A DNA stretch of 64,000 nucleotides. Origin: Gallionellaceae bacterium (GTDB lineage: Bacteria > Pseudomonadota > Gammaproteobacteria > Burkholderiales > Gallionellaceae). Made by a program: the position numbers and the translations under genes. This document shows positions 39,744-50,174 of the stretch, in pieces. Every line of letters begins with the position of its first letter. Position 1 is the first letter of the stretch. The notes beneath the pieces are model-generated. The model searched no databases, was not told the origin of the DNA, and saw only the letters and a list, made by a program, of their open reading frames with translations. The stretch is taken from the NCBI GenBank assembly GCA_036171275.1, contig JAVHQT010000027.1:13817-77816 (forward strand). The letters run 5' to 3'.

Positions 39744-42700
39744 TTACTGAGCGTGCGTTTTTGCCACGCGGAAGTTGGCGATACTGATATAAAAAGCCGG
39801 CGTTAAATACAGTGTTAAAAATTGTGAAAAGAACAGACCGCCCACCACAGCGATCCCCAAAGAACGACGCGCTTCAGCTCCCGCTCCCAATCCTAAAGCA
39901 ATCGGCAAGGTTGCCAAAATTGCCGCCAGCGTGGTCATCATAATTGGTCGAAAACGCACTAAGCAGGCTTCAATCATCGCCAGTTTGGGCGACAAATCGC
40001 GCTCACGCTGCGCCGCTACGGCAAAATCAACCATCATAATGCCGTTCTTTTTGACTAAACCCAGCAATAAAATAATGCCCACAAAGCTGAATATATTGAG
40101 TTCTTGATGAAAAATCATCAACATCACTAATGCGCCAAACCCTGCTAAAGGGAGCGCCGTCAATATCGTAAGCGGATGAATGAAATTTTCATACAGCATC
40201 GCCAGAATCATGTAAATCACTAAAACGGTAATGAGCAATAACACCGGTAAATCGATCATTGATTCTTCAAAAGTTTTGGCGGAGCCGGCCAAGGTGCTGC
40301 TGATGCCCGCTGGCAACTGCGTTTGCGCCAGTTCTTTGACGCGTGCGCTTGCTTCGCCCAGCGAGACCCCTGTTGCCACATTAAACGACAAGGTGACTGA
40401 CGGCATTTGCCCGAAGTGTGAAATCGACATTGCACCCACTGAATGTTTAAAATTCGCCACCACCGACAGCGGAATCATTTGCTGATTTGCATTCTTAATC
40501 CTCAATAAATTCAAGGCATTAATATCTTCTTGGAATTGCATATCCAGCCCCAGAATCACCGAATACTGATCAGTTGCACCCTCAATATAAGTGACGCGTC
40601 GTGTGCCGTAGGCATTGTAAAGCGTTGCTTGAATTTGCTGCGGGGTAATGCCCAGTGCGGCGGCGCGATCGCGACGGATTTCAACGCGAATTTCAGGATT
40701 ACGCAGTTCCAGCGTGCTGTTGACATCTTGCAAGCCTTGTTCTTTGCGTAACACCGCTTCAAATTCACTGGCAGCGCGATACAAAGCTTCAGTATCCGAA
40801 CCCATCATCACCAGCTGGAACTCCGCATTGCTTTGCTGTGCACCGATACTGATTGCTGGAGGATTTTGTAAAAATAACTGCATCCCTTTGACGCTGCGCG
40901 TTTGGTAACGTAATTGCTGAATCACTTCATCGGCACTTAGCGCGCGCTCACTTTTCGGTTTAAGGCGAATAATTAGCCGCCCCACATTGCCACCGACGAT
41001 GCCGCCGCCCGCCTGACCTGCACTAGACTGAACGGCAAGCACATTCTGATTTTTTCTAATAATATCAGTAACTTGCAGCTGTTTTTTCACTAAATTTTCA
41101 AAAGTAATCCCTTCTTCCGCCCGCGTGCTGCCGGTGATGAGTCCGGTATCCTGACGCGGAATAAAGCCTTTTGGAACGACAACAAACAACCAAGCTGTAC
41201 CCACTAAAATCAGCACTGCGCTTGCCAACATCAAGCGCGCGTGATCTAAACTCCAGTACAAACTGTCGCGGTAGCCATTTTCAAGGCGTTTGAATAGCTG
41301 TTCAAAGCGGGAAAACACGCGCCCCTGCACCTGTTGCGGATGCAGGAATCGACTGGACAACATCGGCGTTAAAGTTAAGGAAACCACGCCTGAAATGAAT
41401 ACAGCAAAGGCAATTGTGACCCCGAATTCGGTAAATAAACGTCCTAAAATTCCGCCCATGTAAATAATCGGAATAAACACCGCCACCAAAGAAAGCGTCA
41501 TCGAGACCACGGTAAAACCAATTTCACGCGTACCGTCAATGGCGGCGGTTAAGCGATCTTTTCCCATTTCCAGGTGCCGAGTGATGTTCTCTAACACCAC
41601 AATGGCATCATCGACCACAAAGCCCACTGCCAAGGTCAACGCCATCAGTGAAATATTATTTAAGCTGTAATTTAACAGATGCATGACGGCAAACGTGCCG
41701 ATGAGCGAAATCGGCAACACCATTGCCACGATGAGCGTCGAGGAATAATTGCGTAAAAACGCCAACACCACCAGCACCACCAAGAACACCGCCAGCATCA
41801 GGGTAAATTCCACCTCGTGAATCGACTCGCCAATAAATTCAGAGCGATCAAATAACACCGCCAGCGTCGCATCGCCGGGCAACTGCTGACGAATCTGTGG
41901 CAACAAGGCACGAATGCGCTTTGCCACCTCCACTGTATTCGCACCCGGTTGTCGCTGTACCGCCAGCACGATAGAACGCTCGCCATTAAACCAAGTGGCG
42001 GCGCGATTATTCTCGACGCTCTCCTCAGCGCGACCAAGCTCCGAAAAGCGAATCGGCATACCGTTTGAAAAATGAATCACGACCGAGTTGAAGTCAGCGG
42101 CATTTTTGAGCTGCGCACTGGCACTGACGCTAAACTTATTGCTGCGACCGTCCAGCGTACCTGAGGGCAAATTGCTGTTGGCGTTTTGCACTGCGTTGCC
42201 CACTTCTTCAACACTCAAGTTGCGCTGTGCCAAGGCGTTTGGGTCAAGATACAAGCGAACGGCTCGTTTTTGTGCGCCATAAACCACCATCTGCGCCACG
42301 CCGGGCAAGGTAGAAATACGTTGCGAAATTTGACTTTCGGCAAACTCATTCAGCTTAGTCAACGGGGTATTTTGCGTGCTTAACGCCAAGTAAATAATGG
42401 CGCTATCCGACGGATTCATCTTGCGCATTTGCGGCGCATTATCCATCTGCGCAGGCAACGAGCGAACCGCTTGCGAAATCGCGGTTTGTACGTCTTGCGC
42501 CGCCGCATCAATGTCGCGGTCTAAACTAAATTGCAAGGTAATGCGCGTCGCGCCGGCATTGCTCACCGAGGTCATCGAATCTAAGCCGGCAATGGTTGAA
42601 AACTGCCGTTCCAGCGGCAGAGCCACGGTTGCCGCCAAGGTATCGGGATTGCCGCCCGCCATATTAGCGGTGACTAAAATAGTGGGAAAATCAACATTCG

Positions 42701-42812
42701 GCAATTCATTAACCGGCAGTTTTAAAAATGCAAATACGCCAAAAATAGTCAATGCACAGACTAAAACCGTAGTCATCACCGGTCTGTCAATAAATAAACG
42801 CCAGCCGTTCAT
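39744..42812 (-). CDS. RND efflux transporter, inner-membrane subunit (HAE1/Mdt-like)
   Basis: About 1022 aa. The conserved N-terminus [18 protein letters not shown] begins at 42812, directly after the stop of the fusion-protein gene. The layout is 12 TM segments with two large loops. Confidence 0.92.
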   Translation of the reverse strand: MNGWRLFIDRPVMTTVLVCALTIFGVFAFLKLPVNELPNVDFPTILVTANMAGGNPDTLAATVALPLERQFSTIAGLDSMTSVSNAGATRITLQFSLDRDIDAAAQDVQTAISQAVRSLPAQMDNAPQMRKMNPSDSAIIYLALSTQNTPLTKLNEFAESQISQRISTLPGVAQMVVYGAQKRAVRLYLDPNALAQRNLSVEEVGNAVQNANSNLPSGTLDGRSNKFSVSASAQLKNAADFNSVVIHFSNGMPIRFSELGRAEESVENNRAATWFNGERSIVLAVQRQPGANTVEVAKRIRALLPQIRQQLPGDATLAVLFDRSEFIGESIHEVEFTLMLAVFLVVLVVLAFLRNYSSTLIVAMVLPISLIGTFAVMHLLNYSLNNISLMALTLAVGFVVDDAIVVLENITRHLEMGKDRLTAAIDGTREIGFTVVSMTLSLVAVFIPIIYMGGILGRLFTEFGVTIAFAVFISGVVSLTLTPMLSSRFLHPQQVQGRVFSRFEQLFKRLENGYRDSLYWSLDHARLMLASAVLILVGTAWLFVVVPKGFIPRQDTGLITGSTRAEEGITFENLVKKQLQVTDIIRKNQNVLAVQSSAGQAGGGIVGGNVGRLIIRLKPKSERALSADEVIQQLRYQTRSVKGMQLFLQNPPAISIGAQQSNAEFQLVMMGSDTEALYRAASEFEAVLRKEQGLQDVNSTLELRNPEIRVEIRRDRAAALGITPQQIQATLYNAYGTRRVTYIEGATDQYSVILGLDMQFQEDINALNLLRIKNANQQMIPLSVVANFKHSVGAMSISHFGQMPSVTLSFNVATGVSLGEASARVKELAQTQLPAGISSTLAGSAKTFEESMIDLPVLLLITVLVIYMILAMLYENFIHPLTILTALPLAGFGALVMLMIFHQELNIFSFVGIILLLGLVKKNGIMMVDFAVAAQRERDLSPKLAMIEACLVRFRPIMMTTLAAILATLPIALGLGAGAEARRSLGIAVVGGLFFSQFLTLYLTPAFYISIANFRVAKTHAQ

Positions 42813-44017
42813 GGCCGCCGCTGCTCCGCCGTTTGTCCAGACCAATCCGGTTTGCCGGCCATACCGCCCATGCTTGGCGACACGGCACTGCTTGCAGCGC
42901 TGATCTCAACAACACGATCAGACTTGATACTGCTAGGCGGATTCAAAATCACCTGCTGACCGGCGCTCAATCCTTTTGCCACCGCGATTAGCGCCCCTTC
43001 TTGTCGCGCAACTTCAATCACTTGTGCCCGCGCTTTACCTGCGTTGACAACATACACAAACGTGCCATTTTGCCCAGTTTGCACAGCCGTTTCCGGAACA
43101 AATAGCGCGTCCGCTTGCATCTCTAAAAGCAAGCGAACCGTCAGCAACTCGCCCGGCCAAATCAGCTCCTCTTTATTTGGAATCCGCGCCTTCAGCCGAA
43201 TCATGCCGGTTTGTGCATCCACCGCATTATCAATAAAAGCCAGCGTGCCGCTTGCCAACACCATCGCCTGACCGTCCCGCCTGAGCTGCACTTTTAAGGG
43301 ATTTTTCCGCTGCTGTTGGCGGATTTTTGGTAGCAACTGCTGCGGCACGCTAAACCCTACCATCACCGTTTCCGTGCCGTTAATGGTCACCAACGGCAAC
43401 ACCGCACCGGCACTCACTACGTTTCCTGGCTTCATGTTCAGCGCCCCCGCCCGCCCTGTGATAGGCGAACTGATTTTGGCATGCGCTAATTGCAACTGCA
43501 TGGCGCGTAAACTCGCCTGATCCGCCAAAACCACCGCGTTGGCAGACTGCGCTTGTACGCCGGCTTGCGCATATTCTTGTTGGGTAATAAATTCTTTTTC
43601 AGCCAATGATTTCAAACGCTTAGCCTGCACTTGCGCCTCTTGCAGCGCCGCTTGGTCTCGCATTAAATTGGCCTGGGCTTTGTCCACTTCTGCTTGCTGC
43701 GTGCCCGCATCAATCTGAAACAGCAACTGCCCGGCTTGCACCAAGTCACCTTCCCGAAAATAAACTTTTTCCAGTACCCCTCCGATTTCAGCGCGAATAG
43801 CAACCGATTGCTCGGCCTCAACCGTGCCCAGTGCCTCCAGCGTTAACGGTAGTGCGGCGGGAGTTAGCGTGAGCACTTGCACGGAAATTGCGCGATCCGT
43901 TCGCCGTTCCGCCTTAGCCTGCGCGACATCGGTTAACGGTTTAGTACCAAACCAAATTCCCAAGCAAATACCAAAAAAACTCAATATAATCAAGTAGATA
44001 TAAAATTTTGTTTTCAT
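42809..44017 (-). CDS. RND efflux membrane fusion protein
   Basis: 402 aa. It has one N-terminal TM segment, a coiled-coil hairpin (QAEVDKAQANLMRDQAALQEAQVQAKR) and a lipoyl/beta-barrel pattern. Confidence 0.88.
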   Translation of the reverse strand: MKTKFYIYLIILSFFGICLGIWFGTKPLTDVAQAKAERRTDRAISVQVLTLTPAALPLTLEALGTVEAEQSVAIRAEIGGVLEKVYFREGDLVQAGQLLFQIDAGTQQAEVDKAQANLMRDQAALQEAQVQAKRLKSLAEKEFITQQEYAQAGVQAQSANAVVLADQASLRAMQLQLAHAKISSPITGRAGALNMKPGNVVSAGAVLPLVTINGTETVMVGFSVPQQLLPKIRQQQRKNPLKVQLRRDGQAMVLASGTLAFIDNAVDAQTGMIRLKARIPNKEELIWPGELLTVRLLLEMQADALFVPETAVQTGQNGTFVYVVNAGKARAQVIEVARQEGALIAVAKGLSAGQQVILNPPSSIKSDRVVEISAASSAVSPSMGGMAGKPDWSGQTAEQRRP

Positions 44018-45564
44018 CTTGTTTCCGTCAACACAAAACTACCTATCGCATAATTTAGGCGCGACAAATTAGCGTACCAGCCCATTTCAGCCTGAATAAC
44101 TTCTAGCTTAGCATTGGCTTCATCCGTTTGCGCGCTGAGCAAAACCGGCAAATTGCCCACACCAGCTTGATAACGCGCCTGAGCGACTTCGCGCGCCTGA
44201 CCAGCACTTTTGAGCAAGGCGTGGGCATTTTCAATCGTTGCTTGCGCCGTTTCTAAATCAAAATACGCCTGCCAGACTTCCAGTTCAACTTGCTGAAACA
44301 ATCGTTGCTGTGTCGATTCAAGCTGCTCGGCGCGGGCTTGCGCTTGCAGTACAGAAAATTGCGCACGCTTACCGTCAAAAAGTGGAATGTTTAGGTTAAG
44401 ACCAATCGACGCATTACTGCTACCCACATTTAGTCCGTTATCTGGGAAATTGTTATAGGTTTTACCGCCACTCAGCGCCAACTGTACCGATGGATTATCT
44501 TGCGAAGCCAGCGCCTCGGCACTCAGGTTAGCGGCGCGAATTTGTGCTTCTGCCGCGCCCAAATCGGGACGTAAGCGCTTGGCTTGCGCCAAATATTCAG
44601 CAATCGACTGCCGCACTTCTTGCGCTGGTAACCGAGAATCAAGCGGAGCCAAGGTCAACTTTGATTGCAGCGGAATGCCAACTGCTTGGCACAAAATACC
44701 GACTGCTTTGTTCGCCTCGCCTTGCGCCTTACGCCACTGCAAACGACTTTGCGCCAACGCTGTTTCAGCCAGATAAACTTCGCCAATCGTTGCTAAACCG
44801 GCCAAACGACGTGCATTCACCACCGTCAAACTCCGCTGCGCTGCGCTCAATCCTTCTTCTGCCGCCGCTGCCGCTTGGCGTGCCGCCAACAGTGAGTAAT
44901 ACGCTTGCTCAACCGCAAAAACCACCGCTTGCGCCGTGCGGTCTTGCGCTAAATTAGCCGCTAATAATGCCGCTTGAGCACCTTGAATGCTGGCGCGTGT
45001 TGCGCCAAAATCAAACAAAATATAACTCAAACTCAAACTAGGCGAAAACCGAGTTTGCGTATTGCCCGACACCACACCGTTGCTGGTATTGATGGAAGAC
45101 ATTCCGCGCGTCAAGGCTAAGTTGGCGCTAAGCGTCGGATAATTAGCCGCCTCAAGCACGCCTAATGCAGCCCATTGACTGCGCGCTGCCGCCCAAGATT
45201 CCCGCGTGGCCGGATTATTGTGCAGGGCAAAGTCGCTTAATTCGGCCAAGGTAAAGCCGGAAATCGGCAGGGTTTGGACAGCGGTTACGCGACCTAAACC
45301 CAGCCGATCTTGCGCCAGCGGCTCGGCTTGCAGCACTGAAACAGTCAGCCAAAAAGTGATGCAAAAACAAGAAGTTAATTTAAGCCAAGATGGCTGATTA
45401 GACGAATTGGTTCTTTTCCTTTCAGGAGAAAAACCAGCAGTGAAGTGGGTTTGTGCCGCCATTGCAATCCGCGCAATTTCTCTCGTTGAAGCCGCAAGGA
45501 ACAATCCGTAACAGGATAAGTAAAGGGTCAGTTTTGGGAAGCAACGCAGCATCACGAAATCCAT
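44014..45564 (-). CDS. Outer-membrane efflux protein (TolC family)
   Basis: It has two repeated alpha-helical and beta-barrel halves typical of OEP proteins. The start is uncertain (45564, 45552 or 45462), with no clear SD at any of them. The probable signal cleavage site follows VLQA. Confidence 0.8.
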   Translation of the reverse strand: MDFVMLRCFPKLTLYLSCYGLFLAASTREIARIAMAAQTHFTAGFSPERKRTNSSNQPSWLKLTSCFCITFWLTVSVLQAEPLAQDRLGLGRVTAVQTLPISGFTLAELSDFALHNNPATRESWAAARSQWAALGVLEAANYPTLSANLALTRGMSSINTSNGVVSGNTQTRFSPSLSLSYILFDFGATRASIQGAQAALLAANLAQDRTAQAVVFAVEQAYYSLLAARQAAAAAEEGLSAAQRSLTVVNARRLAGLATIGEVYLAETALAQSRLQWRKAQGEANKAVGILCQAVGIPLQSKLTLAPLDSRLPAQEVRQSIAEYLAQAKRLRPDLGAAEAQIRAANLSAEALASQDNPSVQLALSGGKTYNNFPDNGLNVGSSNASIGLNLNIPLFDGKRAQFSVLQAQARAEQLESTQQRLFQQVELEVWQAYFDLETAQATIENAHALLKSAGQAREVAQARYQAGVGNLPVLLSAQTDEANAKLEVIQAEMGWYANLSRLNYAIGSFVLTETR

Positions 45565-45642
45565 TTAATTTTTAGCGGTCCGCTTATTCCGTTCGCTGCC
45601 AAGTCTGCGACTAGCTAAAGAATGCTTGGTCAAACTTTATTT

Positions 45643-45675
45643 GAAAAAATATCAAATAAATCAATTAGTTACAAT
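45643..45675 (+). repeat. AT-rich intergenic repeat with IHF-like core (copy G, best consensus)
   Basis: gaaaaaatatcaaataAATCAATTAGTTAcaat, with a perfect WATCAANNNNTTR core and an upstream A/T tract. It lies between the znuB-like stop and the efflux operon. Confidence 0.6.
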
Positions 45676-45713
45676 CAGCCTTCAGTAAGACTTTCTTGTG
45701 CCAATCGAAGGAC

Positions 45714-46478
45714 TCAGGACGAACGTTGATGAGTCAGCACTGCCCTTAATAAAGTGAACAACCCCGCCAGCAACGCCATCACCCAAACGATGGTTGCGCC
45801 CGACGGCCAATCTAGCCAAACCGACAGCAGCAGCCCTAAAGCATAACCTGTCGTGCCAATGACAAAGGCAACGGGCAAACGTCGGCGCGTCATTTTAATC
45901 GTCGCCAGCGCTGGAACAATTAAACTGGCGAACACCAAGTAAATGCCGACTAACTGCACCGAGGCGGTTACCGCCAAGGCAAAAACGGCATAGAAGCCAA
46001 AATCGGCAAATTTCACTGCAAACCGATACCAAACGCCCAGCAGCAGCACGGTCAAGAGCGCAGTCATGAGCAACTGAGCCGTGTTCACCCATAAAATTTG
46101 CCCAACTAACAGATCTTTTAAATGCTCACCCGCATGAATATCGCCGTTCATCAACAAAATGCTGGCACTCGCCGCCAACACAAAAGTCAGGCCGATGCAC
46201 GCTTCTTTAACTGCTGGCGCGCGGCGTTCAATCCATGACAATAATCCTGCCCCCGCTAAGGCGCTTGCAGCGGCAGTCACCTGCACCCACGCTGTTTGAT
46301 GGGTCAGATTCATTAATCCGGCACTCAGCACACCTAGCCCAGCAATTTGCGCGACTGCTAAATCTGCAAAAACAACGCCCCGCTTCAACACAATGATTCC
46401 AAAAGGAATATGGGTAAGCAAAACCAGTAAACCAGCCACGAAAGCCGGCAACAAAATCTCAATTTCAAGCGAATTCAT
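45714..46478 (-). CDS. ABC-3 family metal (Zn/Mn) transporter permease, ZnuB-like
   Basis: 254 aa with about 8 TM segments. The layout and the FADLAVAQIAGLG region resemble ZnuB. No ATPase or binding-protein gene is adjacent. Confidence 0.75.
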   Translation of the reverse strand: MNSLEIEILLPAFVAGLLVLLTHIPFGIIVLKRGVVFADLAVAQIAGLGVLSAGLMNLTHQTAWVQVTAAASALAGAGLLSWIERRAPAVKEACIGLTFVLAASASILLMNGDIHAGEHLKDLLVGQILWVNTAQLLMTALLTVLLLGVWYRFAVKFADFGFYAVFALAVTASVQLVGIYLVFASLIVPALATIKMTRRRLPVAFVIGTTGYALGLLLSVWLDWPSGATIVWVMALLAGLFTLLRAVLTHQRSS

Positions 46479-46741
46479 CTGTTTTATGACCTTGGTTGAT
46501 TGCGCTAGCCCGTCATTCCGCTCATTTTACGATGGGGTTACGCGCTGCTAACCCAACCAACGAGCCAGTGAATTATGGGAGGAAAGGGGCATTATCGACT
46601 GAACTTTCGAGAAACGACTGAACAAGCCTTTGTGCATAAATTCTAACCTATTCAAGCCTATGCCGAGGGTAGAAATTAAAAAACACCGATTTTCTGGTTC
46701 TATCTTTGCCCTAAAAACCGCGCATCCTGCGCAGGAGAGTG

Positions 46742-46776
46742 TTGTCGAAGCGTGTGTTTGCGGTAGAATGCGCCCC
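46742..46776 (+). promoter_or_regulatory. Candidate dapA promoter with a GC-rich discriminator
   Basis: TTGTCG (46742-47), a 16-nt spacer, TAGAAT (46764-69), then GCGCCCC. Confidence 0.45.
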
Positions 46777-46798
46777 TTCTAAAAAGGCGGCGAGTCCC

Positions 46799-47674
46799 AT
46801 GATTACTGGCAGCATTGTTGCAATTGTTACCCCGATGAATGCAGATGGCAGCTTAGACTTGCCTGCCTTTCGGTCACTGATTGATTTTCATATTGAGCAG
46901 GGAACGGATGCGATTGTCGTGGTTGGAACAACCGGCGAATCACCAACGGTTGATTTGTTTGAGCATGAAAAGCTGATTCAAGTGGCAGTGCAGCACGCGG
47001 CCAATCGCATTCCTATCATTGCCGGCACAGGCGCAAATTCGACCAAGGAAGCAATTGAGTTAGCTGAGTTTTCCAAAAAAGCCGGCGCAGCAGCCAGCTT
47101 AACTGTCGTACCTTATTACAACAAGCCTACGCAAGAAGGTCTTTATCAACATTTTAAAGCAATTGCGCAAGCCATTGATATGCCTCATATTTTGTACAAC
47201 GTACCTGGGCGCACCGGCTGTGATTTGCACAATGACACCGTGTTGCGCCTTGCCGAAATCGACAATATTGTCGGCATTAAAGACGCCACAGGCGGCATTG
47301 AACGCGGCAGCGATTTGCTCAATCGCGCCCCTAAAGACTTCGCTATTTATAGCGGCGATGATGCCAGCACTTTGGCATTGATGTTGCTCGGTGCGCACGG
47401 CACGATTTCGGTCACCGCCAACGTCGCGCCAAAACTGATGCACGAAATGTGTCTGGCCGCGTTAAATAATGATGTCGTGACAGCGCGTGAAATTAACTTT
47501 CGCTTGCTTGCCTTGCATCGACATTTATTTATTGAAGCCAATCCCATCCCGGTTAAATGGGCCGTTGCACGACTGGGTAAAATGCAAAACAATTTGCGCC
47601 TACCCTTGACGCCACTTTCGACTAGCGCCCAAGTGATTATTGAAACTGCCATGAAAAATGCGGGTGTCATTTAA
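46799..47674 (+). CDS. dapA: 4-hydroxy-tetrahydrodipicolinate synthase
   Basis: The conserved start [13 protein letters not shown] is at the ATG at 46799; the ORF track extends upstream to a GTG. It has GTTGES and the active-site region IVGIKDATG. Confidence 0.93.
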   Translation: MITGSIVAIVTPMNADGSLDLPAFRSLIDFHIEQGTDAIVVVGTTGESPTVDLFEHEKLIQVAVQHAANRIPIIAGTGANSTKEAIELAEFSKKAGAAASLTVVPYYNKPTQEGLYQHFKAIAQAIDMPHILYNVPGRTGCDLHNDTVLRLAEIDNIVGIKDATGGIERGSDLLNRAPKDFAIYSGDDASTLALMLLGAHGTISVTANVAPKLMHEMCLAALNNDVVTAREINFRLLALHRHLFIEANPIPVKWAVARLGKMQNNLRLPLTPLSTSAQVIIETAMKNAGVI

Positions 47675-47685
47675 TGAGGAAATTT

Positions 47686-48717
47686 ATGAAAACGCATTAT
47701 TTTTTTAGCTGTTTTTTTGCAGCACTTGCCTTAAGCGCTTGCAGCTCCGATTCGCAACGGATTGATTACAAAGTCACCTCAACCAGAACACCTAAATTAG
47801 AAACGCCGCCTGATTTGACCGCGCCGACAGCCGCTGAGCAATTTGCGATTCCGGGTGGTGATGCAGCAGTGACCGCCAGTTTTTCCAGCTATGCACAGTC
47901 AATTTCAGGCGCAGCCTTGCCGATTTTAAGCACCGTTCGCTTAGAGAAAAATGTCACGGAACGTTGGTTAGTCGCGCAAGAATCAGCTGAAAATGTCTGG
48001 CCAAAGATCAGAGCATTTTGGCTGGCAATGGGTTTTCAAATTCCGGTGGATAACGCGGCAGCAGGCGTGCTAGAAACCGATTGGCAAGAAAACGCAGCCA
48101 ATGCACCGCAAAAGTATTTGCACTCAAGTGCTGGCAATGGCAAGGCGCTAAATCGTTTATTTGCCGCTGGTCAGCGCGATCAGTATTTAACCCGAATTGA
48201 ACGCAATGCCGATGGCAGCACCTCGATTTTTCTTAGCCAGCACGTAATGCAGCAAGCTTTAAATGGCGCAAGTCAGCTCATTTGGCTGCCAACCGCGAAT
48301 GATCCGGCAATTGAAGCCGCCGTTTTGCAAATGCTAATGACAGAATTGGCCAGCCAGCCTAGCAAGCCCTTGGTGACCACACCCCTCGTGATTGTCGAAA
48401 CGCCTGCCCGCGCCGAATGGGTGCACATGCCCAACCAAAAAATCGTTCGACTGAACCAGGCTTTTGATAAAACTTGGCGCACTATTGGACTGGCGCTCGA
48501 TAAAGCCGGTTTAGCAATCGCGGATAAAGATCGTTCTAAAGGCCTATACCTATTGCAGTCGGGCGTTCTCCCCGACGGTAAAAAAGCGCCCAGTTATCAA
48601 GTAAGCGTTAAAGACACTGGCGCAAGTTGTGAGGTGTTTGTTGCCAATGCTCAAGGTGCACCGGATGCTGAAAGCCAGCGTTTACTTGAAGTTTTGTTTC
48701 AAAATATCGAGCAGTAA
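47686..48717 (+). CDS. bamC: Outer-membrane assembly lipoprotein BamC (NlpB)
   Basis: It has the lipobox ALSAC and GAGGA 5 nt upstream of the ATG at 47686. It sits directly after dapA, as in the classical dapA-nlpB pair. Confidence 0.75.
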   Translation: MKTHYFFSCFFAALALSACSSDSQRIDYKVTSTRTPKLETPPDLTAPTAAEQFAIPGGDAAVTASFSSYAQSISGAALPILSTVRLEKNVTERWLVAQESAENVWPKIRAFWLAMGFQIPVDNAAAGVLETDWQENAANAPQKYLHSSAGNGKALNRLFAAGQRDQYLTRIERNADGSTSIFLSQHVMQQALNGASQLIWLPTANDPAIEAAVLQMLMTELASQPSKPLVTTPLVIVETPARAEWVHMPNQKIVRLNQAFDKTWRTIGLALDKAGLAIADKDRSKGLYLLQSGVLPDGKKAPSYQVSVKDTGASCEVFVANAQGAPDAESQRLLEVLFQNIEQ

Positions 48718-48728
48718 ACCCTAAACCA

Positions 48729-49493
48729 ATGCGTTTTGCGTTGCTGGGCAGCGGCAGTGAAGGCAACGCACTGCTGGTTGAAGTGGGGGCGACACGGGTG
48801 TTAATGGATTGTGGCTTTTCAATCAGCGAAACAGCCTCGCGGTTAGCGAGATTAGACATTTCTCCCCCGCAAATCAATGGCATTGTCGTGACACACGAAC
48901 ATGCCGATCATATCGGTGGCGTGGCACGCTTTGCGCGCAAATATGGGCTGCCCGTTTTTCTCACCCATGGCACACGACTGTCGCAAGCAGCAGCGTTTGC
49001 GGCGCTGCCTTCCGTCACCGAAATTAGCCCACATCTTGCGTTTTCGATTGGCGAAATCCAGATTCAGCCCTTTCCGGTTCCGCACGATGCACGCGAACCG
49101 GTGCAATATATTTTCAGTGATGGCACCAAAAAACTCGGCGTTTTAACCGATGTCGGCTGTATCACACCGCATATTGAACGCCTGTTAGACGGCTGCCATT
49201 CCCTGGTTTTAGAATGCAATCACGATCTGGAATTATTGATGAACGGCAGTTATCCCTACAGCCTCAAACAGCGCGTCAGTGGTCGCTGGGGACATCTGAA
49301 TAATGACGATGCTGCGGCACTGTTGGCGCGCCTTAACCATGAAAAATTTCAGCACATTGTGCTTGCGCACATTAGCCAACGGAATAATTCACCCGCGCTG
49401 GCACTCGCTGCAGTCTGCGCAGCTATCCACTGCGCTGCGTCACGTTTTCTAGTTGCTGAACAAGGAACTGGCTTGCCTTGGCAAGAAATTTAA
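48729..49493 (+). CDS. MBL-fold metallo-hydrolase
   Basis: 254 aa, with the motif VVTHEHADHIGG. Confidence 0.8.
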   Translation: MRFALLGSGSEGNALLVEVGATRVLMDCGFSISETASRLARLDISPPQINGIVVTHEHADHIGGVARFARKYGLPVFLTHGTRLSQAAAFAALPSVTEISPHLAFSIGEIQIQPFPVPHDAREPVQYIFSDGTKKLGVLTDVGCITPHIERLLDGCHSLVLECNHDLELLMNGSYPYSLKQRVSGRWGHLNNDDAAALLARLNHEKFQHIVLAHISQRNNSPALALAAVCAAIHCAASRFLVAEQGTGLPWQEI

Positions 49494-49536
49494 TCGTAAC
49501 ACCATGATTATATTGAACTTTTTTAAAGGACGCACC

Positions 49537-50163
49537 ATGTATTCAATCAAGACTTTTATGCTACTTCTCCTATTCTGCTGGCCACTGGCAGGACAGGCTG
49601 CTGCCATGGACAAACTCAAAACTTTTATAGCCAATACCCATTCGGCGCAAGCCAACTTCACTCAAGAATTATTAGACAAAAATGGCAAACGTCTGCAAAG
49701 CGCTTCAGGCACGTTGCAATTTATGCGCCCAGGCAAATTCCGCTGGGTGTATCAAAAGCCTTACGCGCAAATTATTGTTGGCGATGGCAAAAAGTTTTGG
49801 CTGTATGACCCAGACTTAAATCAAGTCACGGTTAAAAAACTCGACGCTGCCTTGGGTAATAGTCCGGCGGCTTTGCTATCGGGCAGCAATGAGATTGAGC
49901 GCGGTTTTATCTTAAAAAACAGGGGTGAAAGCGGTCATTTAGATTGGCTAGAAGCCATGCCGAAAGGCAATGAGACCAGCTTCACCCAAATTTTGATGGC
50001 GTTTAATGCGCAAGCAGATTTGGTCAGCATGGAACTGCATGATACTTACGGCCACCGCACCTTGTTACAATTTTCAGCACTGAAACGCAATCCAAGCTTA
50101 TCGGCAGACAACTTTCGCTTTGTGCCACCGGCAGGTGCGGATGTACTGGCGGACTCACCTTGA
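49537..50163 (+). CDS. lolA: Outer-membrane lipoprotein carrier LolA
   Basis: The signal peptide MYSIKTFMLLLLFCWPLAGQAAA begins at the ATG at 49537, with AAAGGA upstream. The FTQ...PGKFRW pattern is typical of LolA. Confidence 0.88.
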   Translation: MYSIKTFMLLLLFCWPLAGQAAAMDKLKTFIANTHSAQANFTQELLDKNGKRLQSASGTLQFMRPGKFRWVYQKPYAQIIVGDGKKFWLYDPDLNQVTVKKLDAALGNSPAALLSGSNEIERGFILKNRGESGHLDWLEAMPKGNETSFTQILMAFNAQADLVSMELHDTYGHRTLLQFSALKRNPSLSADNFRFVPPAGADVLADSP

Positions 50164-50174
50164 GGAAACGAAAA

